Shown: piece by piece, positions 19,329 through 30,000 of the stretch
How positions within the stretch are numbered: position 1 is the first letter of the stretch
How the letters are laid out: each line of letters begins with the position of its first letter
DNA from: Blastocystis sp. Blastoise
Lineage: Eukaryota > Protista > Bigyra: Opalinata
Assembly (NCBI GenBank): GCA_039096225.1
Contig: JBBPEB010000026.1
Coordinates: 558,001-622,000 of the forward strand
Reading direction: 5' to 3'
DNA length: 64,000 bases
Translations under genes and position numbers: made by a program
Notes under the pieces: generated by a model
The model's input: the letters and a program-made list of their open reading frames with translations, nothing else
Told to the model about the DNA's origin: nothing
Database searches by the model: none

Positions 19329-20086
19329 ATTCTTCCGTTCTTCGAACTGCAGAAGGGGGTATGCAAACCCCGCATAGAGTCTGCGCGACGCGCGCAGCCA
19401 TAAGCGGGGAAGTCATCCCCCCTTTTTGTTCTCGACGGAAGAATTAATAACATTTCTGAAGTAAAATAACCATGGGAGTGTAGGGTAGTGTGTGTGTGTA
19501 TTTATTTTTCCCATGTTTATTTATTTTTAATTTATTTGTGTTCCGATTCCAACGTGAAACGTATAGTGATCAAGGAGAAACTCATAGTAATCATAAAAGA
19601 AATAAAATACACAGTCCAACCCTCCCCTTTACAGGGAATATTCATGGAAAATGACTCCATCGTTGGTAAAGTGAGTAAAATAATCACGGGAATACAGAAA
19701 GAAATACGAAAAGAAGCACAGAATGTGCTAAATAAACACACACCCCGACCCTCCCTTTAATAGAGAAAAGATGAAATGGATGGTTCTATCTAAAAAGAAA
19801 TAATAAAAATAATCACGGGAATATATAAAAATAAAAATGTATGTATAGTGATCAATAAATAATATAAAAAGTCATGATAATCATAAAAAAAATTTATATA
19901 AAAAGAGTAAAGTGATCAAGGTATGTATTTATAGTGGGTGAAAGAAAAGCTGGTGGTGGTGTGGTCTTGTAAAAAGATGTACCCACCACCACGATTATAA
20001 CGAGAGACTTTTGGAAACATGAGCGACCGATATGGAAAAATATAAATTTTCTAGAACATTCTAGAACATTCTCGAAACTTCTAGAA
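19329..20086 (+). repeat. Left viral TIR (758 bp)
   Basis: Reverse complement of 43991-44748. Mirror ORFs in the ORF track are identical and coordinate sums are constant (64077). Confidence 0.96.
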
Positions 20087-20096
20087 CATTCGAGAA
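20049..20096. promoter_or_regulatory. Heat-shock-element-like array upstream of recombinase 1
   Basis: Ten alternating TTC/GAA pentamers at 5-bp spacing. Confidence 0.7.
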
Positions 20097-20184
20097 CATG
20101 AGAATCTTAGATATTTTATTTTGATTTTCTTATGTATTATTCTTTTGAAAATAGAAGTTTTAAAGATTCTACTTAAGAAAAACA

Positions 20185-21120
20185 ATGAAAAATACAAATT
20201 ATGACAAGTATCTTTTGGTTATACAAAATTCAAATTATTCTGATATTTGGAAAAAACGTTTAACCAATTATTTCAATTTATATATTTTCCCATTACCATT
20301 TAAAAAGTTCTCAGAATTCTTAAAGAATCCTTATTCATTCATGGATTATATGGTAAATGAACGTAAAATCAAAATTAGTCCAATGAAATCGTTATGTGAA
20401 TTGATATTATTTATTATACGTAATGTTTCTTCATTAAATAAAGAAGGTATTTTAAATAAATGGTGTGAATTTTATGTGATTATTAATGCAATGTATGAAA
20501 AATATCTGGATAATAAGAAACGTACTTTAATTCAAGATCTTATTAAAGATGGTATTACGACTCCATATTTACATGAATATCACGATAAATTAGAAAATTA
20601 TAATCCATTACGATTAATATTAGATTTTTACTCCTATCTTCCTCCTGCTCGTGCTGATTATGCTCAATTATTCATTCTAACTCCAGAAGATACTATTGAT
20701 CCAGCTATTCATAAGAATTATATTGTTTATGATAAAGAGAAACATACTGGTTCTATTCTATTAAATGATTATAAAACTGCTGGTAAATACTCTACAATTC
20801 AATTAGATGCACCAAAAGAATTGATTGAAGATCTAGAATTACTCTTAAAAAGAAATCCAAATCGTAAATTTATATTTGAATCTTCTGTACGAACTGGATT
20901 TACTACTAAAGCATTTGATTGGTTTGTGAATAAGCATTTAAAACAAATCCATCCAAAATTGACCATTAATGCATTAAGAAAATTATATGCTACAACTACA
21001 ACCAATACATTCCAAGATATAGAAAATTCTGCTTCTGCTTTATGTCATAATGATTATACACATATTAATTCTTATGTATCTTTAGAAAATAATAATTTAT
21101 TTAAAAAATTAATTGAATAA
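20185..21120 (+). CDS. Tyrosine recombinase 1
   Basis: Catalytic order PPARADY (R), YKT (K), NALR (HxxR-like), LCH (H), NSY (Y). Confidence 0.82.
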   Translation: MKNTNYDKYLLVIQNSNYSDIWKKRLTNYFNLYIFPLPFKKFSEFLKNPYSFMDYMVNERKIKISPMKSLCELILFIIRNVSSLNKEGILNKWCEFYVIINAMYEKYLDNKKRTLIQDLIKDGITTPYLHEYHDKLENYNPLRLILDFYSYLPPARADYAQLFILTPEDTIDPAIHKNYIVYDKEKHTGSILLNDYKTAGKYSTIQLDAPKELIEDLELLLKRNPNRKFIFESSVRTGFTTKAFDWFVNKHLKQIHPKLTINALRKLYATTTTNTFQDIENSASALCHNDYTHINSYVSLENNNLFKKLIE

Positions 21121-21193
21121 TTTTATGTTTTCATGCTTGTTTTGTTTTAAATTTGAATATAACTAAACAACTAGTAATAAAAGGATATAAAAA

Positions 21194-21568
21194 TTAATTA
21201 AAAGGTAAGAAAGATAGAGTATTATTATTATTTTGATATTGATTTTGTTGTTGATTACTTTTCATAGTAGGCATAAACATATTATTGGGTTGAATAAGAT
21301 TCTTATCATCTTGATATTGATTCTCATTCTTCATATATTGTTTATCCAATAGCATTTCAAGACGTTGATGAATCACAGGATCATCTATATAAAGTAGCAT
21401 ATTTCTACAATAACTTAGTTGTAAATCACTAAGATTTTTGTTGTTATTGTTATTTAAAAATTGTTCTAATAGATTCGCTATTTCATTCTTTTTAGATTTA
21501 ATTCCTTCTTCTTTTAGATTCTTCATCACACGACAAAAATAAGAATAACTAAGATATTTCTTGTTCAT
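21194..21568 (-). CDS. Viral hypothetical protein, 124 aa
   Basis: ATG-started ORF with an HSE array at 21664-21686 upstream. No family recognised. Confidence 0.55.
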   Translation of the reverse strand: MNKKYLSYSYFCRVMKNLKEEGIKSKKNEIANLLEQFLNNNNNKNLSDLQLSYCRNMLLYIDDPVIHQRLEMLLDKQYMKNENQYQDDKNLIQPNNMFMPTMKSNQQQNQYQNNNNTLSFLPFN

Positions 21569-21912
21569 TATTTAAATTAACCAATGATTAAACAAAACAA
21601 ATTAATTATATAAAATACTAATATAATAAATTAAAGATTCTACAAATAGAGCCAGTTCAAAATGAATGTTCTAGAATGTTCTAGAACGTTTCTTGGACAT
21701 ATAAAAGTAAAGTAAAATATATATAATAATAAGAACAATTTCAATAACTGACAGTATTTCATTTACATTCTCTAAAGTTTCTGCACTACGATCTAAGTAG
21801 TAATTGCCAAATCGTTTCTTTGTCATAATAGTATTAAATATTAAACAAAACAAATTAATTATACAAAATATTAATATAATAAATTAGAGATTCTAGAATA
21901 TTCTAGAAGGTT

Positions 21913-22500
21913 TTAACAAGGCATAAGATTTCCATTAGAAAGTAAATAAAGTAAAGAATAATAAAAGCAACCATTTGCATTACTTGTAGTTTTTTGGTGT
22001 TGAATAGGATTATATTGAATATTATGATTTTGAATAAATGATTTTGAAAAAGTAGGTTTATTTCCTAATGATGAATAGTGTTCTATATTTTTATTACCAT
22101 TATAAATAACAGCTTCAAAATGACCATTATAAGGATCACTAGGACTTTCATGGAAGATCATATTAAATTTAGTTTGATCTTGATCTATATTTTGTTCAAA
22201 ATCATCATAACTATTATAATAATTATAAGATTGAGAATTCGTTTTATTTAATTGTTTCATAACATTTTCAGCACGATCACAAGCAACAGAAGAGGTAGGT
22301 TTATTTAAATAAGCATAATTATATAATTGAGATATTAAAGAATTGGGTATATTACAATATTGAGATAGAGTTTGTTTGAAATTATTAGGGGATCTAGGAG
22401 TAACATGACGAGTTTTATCAGATATAATAGGATTATCACAATTCATTGAATTTTGAATAAGTTTTTCATCTTTACTCTTTACCAGATCCCCTCCCCTGAG
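21913..22500 (-). CDS. Adenain/Ulp1-like maturation cysteine protease, probably expressed by -1 frameshift from the upstream ORF
   Basis: GHFEAV (His), IEHYSSLG, QHQ (oxyanion Gln), NGCFYYSLLYL (Cys). The listed start at 22533 is TTG. Slippery heptamer at 22506-22500. Confidence 0.78.
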   Translation of the reverse strand, partial: LRGGDLVKSKDEKLIQNSMNCDNPIISDKTRHVTPRSPNNFKQTLSQYCNIPNSLISQLYNYAYLNKPTSSVACDRAENVMKQLNKTNSQSYNYYNSYDDFEQNIDQDQTKFNMIFHESPSDPYNGHFEAVIYNGNKNIEHYSSLGNKPTFSKSFIQNHNIQYNPIQHQKTTSNANGCFYYSLLYLLSNGNLMPC

Positions 22501-24230
22501 TTTTTTGATAACATATACTTCTTTTCTTTCCAAAACATTTGCTCACCTCTATCTAATATTTCATTATTATCCATCTTCTGTTTTATAATTTGTAATTGTT
22601 TTAAATCATTCTTAGCTACTTTACGTTTCCTTTGAGCTACTTGTGCAGGTATTACAAAATCTGTATAAGCTGTTACTAATGGAGGTAAATCACCACCTTT
22701 TTTCTTTTTAGCTTCTTTTCCTCTTCTCATTCGTTCTAAGAATTCTTCTTTACTTAATTTAACTCGACCACCATAACCTCTACGCTTAGATCTTCTTGCA
22801 GCTATTCGTTTATCCCTTTCATCTTCTTTCCATTTTCTATCGACTTTCTCCTTATCATTTTGAGGGAAACCATAAATCTTATAATAATAACTTTGTTCAT
22901 CACGAGACATTGGCTTATAAGGTTGAGGAGGTTGAGGTTGAGGAGGTTGAGGCTGTTGAAGAGGTTGTCTTTGAGGAGGTGGTATATTGTTTTGAGGTAT
23001 ATCAAATGTATCTACATTCAATTCAGGTTCAATTTGTTGTTGTGGTTGAACTGGTGATGCTGGAGGAGGTGGTTGACGAACAGGAAGATTTTTTCTAAGT
23101 TGTTGTTTCATACTGTGCAAAATTCTATCTGGCATTACTTGATCTAATATTTCTTCATCTCTTTCAATATCATCATAACCATCATGTATTGTTCCCATAA
23201 CTATACCATTACCTATTTGTTTTTTCATTTCATTTAATGCTTGTTGACGTTTTAATTTTTCCATTTCAAATTCAATATCATTTAATTCACTTGACTGTTG
23301 TGCCAAATGTGTATCATAATATGTTTTTCTACCTTTAGCAAAAGAATCCATACCTTTATCAACTACACCTAAAAGAGATGGTGCTAAAGTTGAAAATGAG
23401 TCCCAGAATCCACCACCTCTTTTAACTCTTAATATACCATCACCACTTTGAGCTGAATCTAAATCTATATATTTTGGTATAATTGAAGGTCTTAACATTC
23501 TTCTTAATTTTGGATTATTAATCATTTTCTTATTTTTAATTGCATTCATAATTGCTGAAGCAACAGATATAGGAATCTTTCCACCACGTTTAATTTTATG
23601 TTCATAGAATCTTTTGAATTCATCATCAAGATCATGATGACCATCACCAACATATTGAGCTAAAATAGCTAATGCATCACGAGCTTTTCTATTAGCTTTT
23701 TTATCTACAATAGCATCTCTTATATCTAATACATTTCGTTGATACATATCTTTTACTTTATTTTTAATTGCATCACCAATACCAGAACCTTGATTATTCT
23801 CTAATTTATTGATTTCTGATTTATTTGGAATAATTCCTCTACCAGATTTACGTCTTGGTTTACATGGATTTAATACTTTATATTGACGATCTTCACCATC
23901 TATTTTATCTTCTTCTGGACCAGCTGCTTTCATTACACCTTTACCTGCTGCTCTAGCACGAATTAAAGCACCATTTCCTTGTGGAACAGCATCTTTACCA
24001 AATGTTTTAGAACGATCTACATAATCATCTTCTTTACCATCATGTATTTCTTTACTTTCTAAAGTAGACACAGGCATAGATGAATTTGGACCTATTTCAT
24101 GAAATATTGGATTATATTGATCCATTTTATGTAATGGCTGTGTATTATATCGCCTATATTCTTTTCCTGTTGAAATTAAATTCATACCAAAAGTACCAGG
24201 ACTTGGCATTCCTAAGATACAACTTTGCAT
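22479..24230 (-). CDS. Putative virion core polyprotein (many GG/GxG sites, basic and proline-rich segments)
   Basis: 583 aa with KRGG twice, GYGG, KKGG, seven or more GxG motifs and an Arg/Lys-rich C-terminal region. Function inferred. Confidence 0.6.
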   Translation of the reverse strand: MQSCILGMPSPGTFGMNLISTGKEYRRYNTQPLHKMDQYNPIFHEIGPNSSMPVSTLESKEIHDGKEDDYVDRSKTFGKDAVPQGNGALIRARAAGKGVMKAAGPEEDKIDGEDRQYKVLNPCKPRRKSGRGIIPNKSEINKLENNQGSGIGDAIKNKVKDMYQRNVLDIRDAIVDKKANRKARDALAILAQYVGDGHHDLDDEFKRFYEHKIKRGGKIPISVASAIMNAIKNKKMINNPKLRRMLRPSIIPKYIDLDSAQSGDGILRVKRGGGFWDSFSTLAPSLLGVVDKGMDSFAKGRKTYYDTHLAQQSSELNDIEFEMEKLKRQQALNEMKKQIGNGIVMGTIHDGYDDIERDEEILDQVMPDRILHSMKQQLRKNLPVRQPPPPASPVQPQQQIEPELNVDTFDIPQNNIPPPQRQPLQQPQPPQPQPPQPYKPMSRDEQSYYYKIYGFPQNDKEKVDRKWKEDERDKRIAARRSKRRGYGGRVKLSKEEFLERMRRGKEAKKKKGGDLPPLVTAYTDFVIPAQVAQRKRKVAKNDLKQLQIIKQKMDNNEILDRGEQMFWKEKKYMLSKNSGEGIW

Positions 24231-24305
24231 TTTTTTATTTCAATTATAAAATTATTTATAAACAAAACAAATATATTAATAAAAAATAAATTTAACATTA
24301 AAAAT

Positions 24306-24899
24306 TTATAATTTAGTTAAATCAATAATAGTATCATTGCTGTTAGTATTCTTCGTAGATTTATCGAATACTTTAATAGAACGTGCATATAAACCAATAT
24401 AATACTTGTTATTATAACGATGAATACCATGTATTGTAAATAATACTTTACATAACGTATTTGGTGGAATATACTTTTCACGTATTTCTTCGTAAGTTAA
24501 CTTAGGATCTTTACCGATATTAATCTTCTTATCTCTTTTATCAGTAATATCAATAGTAACATTCTTCGATGCATTAATAGGTACTTTAATTGTAATCTTA
24601 TATTTACCATTATCCATACGTACAAAATTAACAATATCACCATCATGACATAATTCACATAATTTACGATAAAGTTCTTTATAAGCAGTTAAGAATACTT
24701 GATTATCATCTTCAATTGTTAATAAAGTCCATTTATCACGTGTAACAATATAACCAAATAAACATGGTGTAGCATCAGTAGAAATACATACACGATGATT
24801 ATTATTTAAAAGAACAGCATTTTCTTTGGTGTCATCCCATTGTAAATTAAAGTTAGAAGTATCAAGAATAGTAGGTTTTTTAAATTCAGTTGTAGACAT
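24306..24899 (-). CDS. Probable ssDNA-binding (OB-fold) protein
   Basis: TDATPCLFG near the N-terminus and the C-terminal beta-rich CKVLFTIHGIHRYNNKYYIGLYARSIKV resemble viral gp2.5-like SSBs. Recognised by eye. Confidence 0.5.
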   Translation of the reverse strand: MSTTEFKKPTILDTSNFNLQWDDTKENAVLLNNNHRVCISTDATPCLFGYIVTRDKWTLLTIEDDNQVFLTAYKELYRKLCELCHDGDIVNFVRMDNGKYKITIKVPINASKNVTIDITDKRDKKINIGKDPKLTYEEIREKYIPPNTLCKVLFTIHGIHRYNNKYYIGLYARSIKVFDKSTKNTNSNDTIIDLTKL

Positions 24900-24976
24900 T
24901 TTTAGTTAAGTATTTAGTAAAAATATAAGTATTTTAATACTAATATTTTACGATATTCTTTTCAAATGAATCAATT

Positions 24977-25024
24977 TTCGAGAAGGTTCTAGAAGGTTCT
25001 AGAATGTTCGAGAAGGTTCTAGAA
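24977..25024. promoter_or_regulatory. Heat-shock-element-like array upstream of SSB-like gene
   Basis: Ten alternating TTC/GAA pentamers. Confidence 0.7.
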
Positions 25025-25220
25025 AAAAAGAACACTTGAATAATCTAATGGAAACATTTTAACGGAATCGAACCATGATACTGTAGTTACATATTTCTTT
25101 AATAGATCCATTAGACCATTCAAGAATTCTATTTGAAACTATTCTATTTTCCATTTAAACTTTGTGAAATTAAATTAAAAAAAAAATAAACAAAACAAAA
25201 TAATTAATTAAATAAATAAA

Positions 25221-25748
25221 TTAATGATCAAATATTTCAGACATAGAAGGAATAGAATATTCGGATAATAATGAAACAATTTCTTTAGAATCATCATGAA
25301 TCTGTTTTAAATCTTGTTTCTGACTTTCAATCTTTGTTTTTAAATGATCAACAGTACAATAAATACCATTTAATATATTATCAGCTGTTTCAATAGTTTG
25401 AAATAAAGATTCGAATTGACTGGATATATTTGTTAACTCCTCATTTGTAAATAATAATGCTTGCTTATCAGGATTTGTATTTACTTGATCTTGAAATTGT
25501 ATTGGTTGATTGTTAACCGAATGATATCTATCTGGATTTTTAGATACGTAAACATCATTGATTGGATGAATTTCTTGAGGTGGATCTTCAAACATGATTT
25601 CGTCACGTGAATTAAAACAGAAATCATTATCATTGGGTAAAGCCATAGGATTTTCAGAAACACTATTTTCAAATGGATTCAACAAGGGGGATATCATGGC
25701 TTGACCGAAAGGGGATAAACTGGCAGAAAGACTATCAGGAATTTCCAT
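25221..25748 (-). CDS. Viral hypothetical protein with C-terminal coiled coil
   Basis: 175-aa ATG ORF, acidic, heptad-like C-terminus, followed by the TGTTTTGTT motif. Confidence 0.6.
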   Translation of the reverse strand: MEIPDSLSASLSPFGQAMISPLLNPFENSVSENPMALPNDNDFCFNSRDEIMFEDPPQEIHPINDVYVSKNPDRYHSVNNQPIQFQDQVNTNPDKQALLFTNEELTNISSQFESLFQTIETADNILNGIYCTVDHLKTKIESQKQDLKQIHDDSKEIVSLLSEYSIPSMSEIFDH

Positions 25749-26146
25749 GATTATTTAAACCTTCAAAAGTATTTTTATACAATATATTAAATATACTATT
25801 TTTAGTGTACAGTTCTTCATTTCAGTTGCTAACAAAAGCCTATTGCTTCCAGCTGGAAAATAAGCCAATAAAATAACTTATTTCGTATGACACATCGTCG
25901 TCATCGTCTAATTGTGTTTTACTAATTTTTTTATCCAATCAAATTACAGATGCCGACTATACTCGTCATTGAAACACAAATAAAAAATGCTAAGTCGACA
26001 AAATTAGCCAATCAAATGAACCTTCTAGAACATTCCATAGAGATTCTACACTGTCTCCTAGAATATTTAATATTCCATTTAAATGTATTATTTATTTCAT
26101 TTTGATAAATACAAATTTTCTCTCTGTAACGATATTCGCGATTATA

Positions 26147-26770
26147 ATGCAATTTAATCTTTCTGCTGATTCCCGTAAATGTCTTCAAACTGTTCGTATG
26201 GAACTTCTAAAGAATTCTAAGAAGGCTGTTGAAGTTCATAAGAATGTTCTTCGTGATATTGATTTACATCAGTCTCAATTGAATAGAGAAAAGAATCTAT
26301 TGGGTATTGCAAAATCTAAAGAACGTCTTGCTTCTTTCGAAGTCGAAAACTATAGATCAGCTTTAAAACGTATAAACGCGGTTATTAAAGGTCTTGAAGA
26401 TTATGAAGAATTCGCTGCTGATATTTATACTCAACAACTTAATGAAGAACAAGATATTCAAGATATTATCAATACTGAAGATCTTTTAGAAAGTGATAGA
26501 ACTACTATTTTATGTTCTGAAGATTCTAAAGAACATTCGAATTCTCAAGATGATGATTTTGATATTATGAAATTCCATATGGAAGATGGATTTCTTTATG
26601 ATGAAAAAGGTAAAGTTTATTCTTATGAAGTTGTTCATGCTAAGAGTATTAACAAGATTAAAAGAGATCCTTCAAAACAAATGTATTTCTGGGATGGTAT
26701 TTTATATGATAAAAATGGATGGCCTCATTCATGTACATATATTAATAGTCAAGAACCAATTGAAATTTAA
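26147..26770 (+). CDS. Viral hypothetical protein (coiled coil plus duplicated DGxLYDxxG motif)
   Basis: First ATG at 26147. EDGFLYDEKG and WDGILYDKNG repeats. Short HSE at 26018-26035. Confidence 0.6.
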   Translation: MQFNLSADSRKCLQTVRMELLKNSKKAVEVHKNVLRDIDLHQSQLNREKNLLGIAKSKERLASFEVENYRSALKRINAVIKGLEDYEEFAADIYTQQLNEEQDIQDIINTEDLLESDRTTILCSEDSKEHSNSQDDDFDIMKFHMEDGFLYDEKGKVYSYEVVHAKSINKIKRDPSKQMYFWDGILYDKNGWPHSCTYINSQEPIEI

Positions 26771-26880
26771 TTATTTTTCTTGTTTATTTTTCTAGTTTTA
26801 CTTATAAACTTGTAAAAAATCATTGAAAATTGTTTTGTTTATTGTATATACATTTAAAACACTAAAGTATAAAAAGGATG

Positions 26881-27018
26881 TTCTAGAAGGTTCTAGAAGG
26901 TTCTAGAATGTTCTCGAAGGTTCTAGAACATTTAAAAATATAAAGTAATATTTACTATTATAGAATGTTCTTGAATGTTCTAGAATGTTCTAGAAGCTTC
27001 TAAAACTGACTTCTAGAA
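26881..27018. promoter_or_regulatory. Double heat-shock-element-like array upstream of primase-helicase
   Basis: 26881-26928 has ten pentamers, 26963-27000 has eight, and there is a TTCTAGAA at 27011. Confidence 0.72.
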
Positions 27019-27086
27019 TCTTTAATATATTATTTGTTTTGAATTTTATGCCATATTTATTTTCATTATTTATAAGTCAAATAATC

Positions 27087-30000
27087 ATGGAAAATTCACA
27101 AATTCATTTTGTTTATACTTTTGGTTCCTTTAATCATGATAACTCAAAAGATAATCATAGTGAAATTATTATACCAAATCCATTACCATTTTATAAAAGT
27201 CTGTTTACTAATTATCAAAATCCAAAAGAATTATTACATTATATTGATTGTACTCCTTGTAATACATCAACTAATTATAGAAGATTATGGTTTGATTTAG
27301 ATTATCACCAAATATCAAATGATTTTTCTTTTCTAACAGATTCTTTTATTCATGAATTTATAGAAGAAATGTGTAATCATTGTATTCATTATTATAATCA
27401 AGAATTTATTTCGCTTCTGTATACAAAGAAAGAAGTGAATAAGAAGACAGTTCATAATGAAATACATTATTCATGGGGAATTCATATATATACAAATTGG
27501 TTTGTAAATGGTGATTATTTATTTTTCTTATATAATAGTATGATTCTGAATACCAAATTGGTTGATTTATGTAAAATGAATAATTTAGATATAAAAGAAT
27601 TCATTGATTATAATGTTATTGGTAAACCCAGAAAGAATAATGGTTGTATGTTTCTTGGTTGTAGTAAAGATAATTCTCCATCTACTTATAAATTATATGA
27701 AGAATATACCAATAAAACATGGAAGAAAATAGATGATGAAATCGATGAACATTATTATTTCAAAACATTATTGAATTATAAGAATGAAGATGATATTATA
27801 AGTGATATTATTAATCCTATTATTTTTTATAAATTAAAACAATATTCACGTTATAAACGTTATTATGCAAGATTAAATAATTGTTCACGTACTATATTAT
27901 GTTCTATACAAGATATTAAAGATATTCCTATGTTGATTTCTACAGATACTATATTGGATACTACAGCATCTAAAGAAGCTTTATTAGAACGATATTTATT
28001 ATTGATTGGTTCTATTGAAGATATGAATTATTTTGAATCCCATAATACTTGGTATAAATTATGTTGTGCAGCAAAACAGATTTGTAATACAACAAGAGGA
28101 TTAGAATTATTTAAAAATTATTCATTACGTTATGGTCATGATCGAAGTGATGATGTAATTGAATCTACATGGAATCATATACAAGTTGATCCTACTCATT
28201 TATCGAATAATTATATTTTGAAGATATTAATGGATAATAAATTATTTAATAAAGATGATGATAATGATTTCATATTTATGTCTATTTTAGAATGTATTCA
28301 ATCCTTTAATCTTGTAGATTCACAAACATTAGTTATGTTATTTCAATTATTAGAATTTAATGAAATTGTTTCTATTATATTAGATAAAGATAATTTTATC
28401 TTATATACATTTGATGAATATAATATCTTAAGACGTTGTAAGAATAATTATGATATTAATTTCTTTGAAACCAAAATAACTACATTTATGAAATCGATTG
28501 TAGAGAAATTCAAATTATCAAGATTATATTCCAAAGAGAATGAACAACATCAAAAAATAGTTGATAAAATAATGTCTGCTTCTGTTACTAATGAATATCA
28601 TTATAAAGAATGGTTGAATCGTTATTTGAAGACTTATGGTAAATCTTATAAAGAATATTTAGATACGTATATGGTTCATAAAGAACGTGTTATCTATACA
28701 CAACTTGGTTATTTATATCCAAAAGAATCAACAGAAGAAGATCCTAGACAATATTATATCCAACCATATCATAAAGAAGATATGGTGTTTGAAGATTTAT
28801 TAATTGATACTGAATTTAATGTAAGTTGGAATATTAATAATGAACAGAAAGATATTATCCAATTATTTGAACAACATATTGCAAGATATTGTGAATTCGA
28901 TAAGAAATATGAAAGTATTATGTTACGTATCTTAACCACTGCTTTCTATGTCAATACTCAGAAAACTGTTTCTTATATATTATATGGTAGTACAGGTAGT
29001 AATGGTAAAACAATAACAACTGATTTAATTTCTCGTATTGTAGGTAGTAATCAATGTATTATAGTAAATCCAGATAATTTAGAAGAAACATCTATAGCTC
29101 CTAAGATTGTAGATATGTCTAATAAGACTATGTATTATATGAATGAATTAATAGAAGAAGATGTTACTGGTAGAAAGAAAACATTTAATCCATTCTCTTC
29201 TAAAGTCTTTAAAGAAATAGCAGAAAAGAAAGAAGGTGCTAGTGCTCGTAAATTATTCAGTAATATATTTACAAAAGTTCATTTCACGGGTACTTTATTT
29301 ATGACAAGTAATATCCAACCTACTGCTGTGAATGCTGGTCCTATTGAAAGAAGAGTTTGTTTCTTACCATCATGTTGTCGTTATTTCCCTCCTGGTAATG
29401 CTAATTTATATGAAGATTATGTAGATCATAATTTACCGAAACGTAAACAGACAGTAGAAAAGAGATTGAAACCCAATCATTATGAAATGGATTATACTTT
29501 ATCCGATAAATTCTATCAGAATCGTTCAATTATCTTTAGTTATCTAGTAAGTAATTATTTCTATTCTAGTATGCAATTAGATATGCATGAATTAGATAAT
29601 GAATATCATATAAGTGAATGTAAGAAACGATTCTTTGATCGTAGTACAGAAGGATATGATTTGAAATCTTTTGTTGATAACCATATTACTATAGATCCTT
29701 ATTATTTGAATGTAGTTACTATTGAAGATATTTTTAATAGTTATAAGAAAGTGAATAATAATAATCAATTTACGATTAAGAAAGATTTAGATAAATTTAC
29801 AAATGCTTTATTTGGTTGTTTAAGTAGTAAAGATACATTTAATTCTATAGATATTGTGAATATTCATAGAAAACATACTTCAAATTTTTATAAGGGAGGG
29901 AATGCTATTGGTATTTGTGGTTTAATGATTGATAATACTTATAATGAATGTGTAGATACAGATTTATTCTGTTTATCCAATTGTTTATCTAAAAAAGAAG

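Noticed and set aside
19311-19330. Alternative model: virus inserted in a 34-nt GT...AG intron of the transposase with an AAT duplication
   Set aside because: It is in frame but would delete the conserved VS motif. The intron-free join gives an exact gap-free alignment to the inner transposase.
19488-19760. 90-aa and 69-aa ORFs in the TIR and their mirror copies at 44317-44589
   Set aside because: They lie in repeated non-coding TIR sequence and have no motifs, and the 90-aa ORF starts at GTG. The duplication only reflects the TIR.
21671-21853. 60-aa minus-strand ORF
   Set aside because: Starts at TTG within the 3' motif region and runs into an HSE array. A shorter ATG-started peptide behind the 21891 HSE cannot be excluded but is unsupported.
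26881-27000. CRISPR-like array or simple satellite
   Set aside because: 10-bp periodic units with no spacers and no cas genes, in a eukaryotic context. Position before ATGs fits a regulatory motif.
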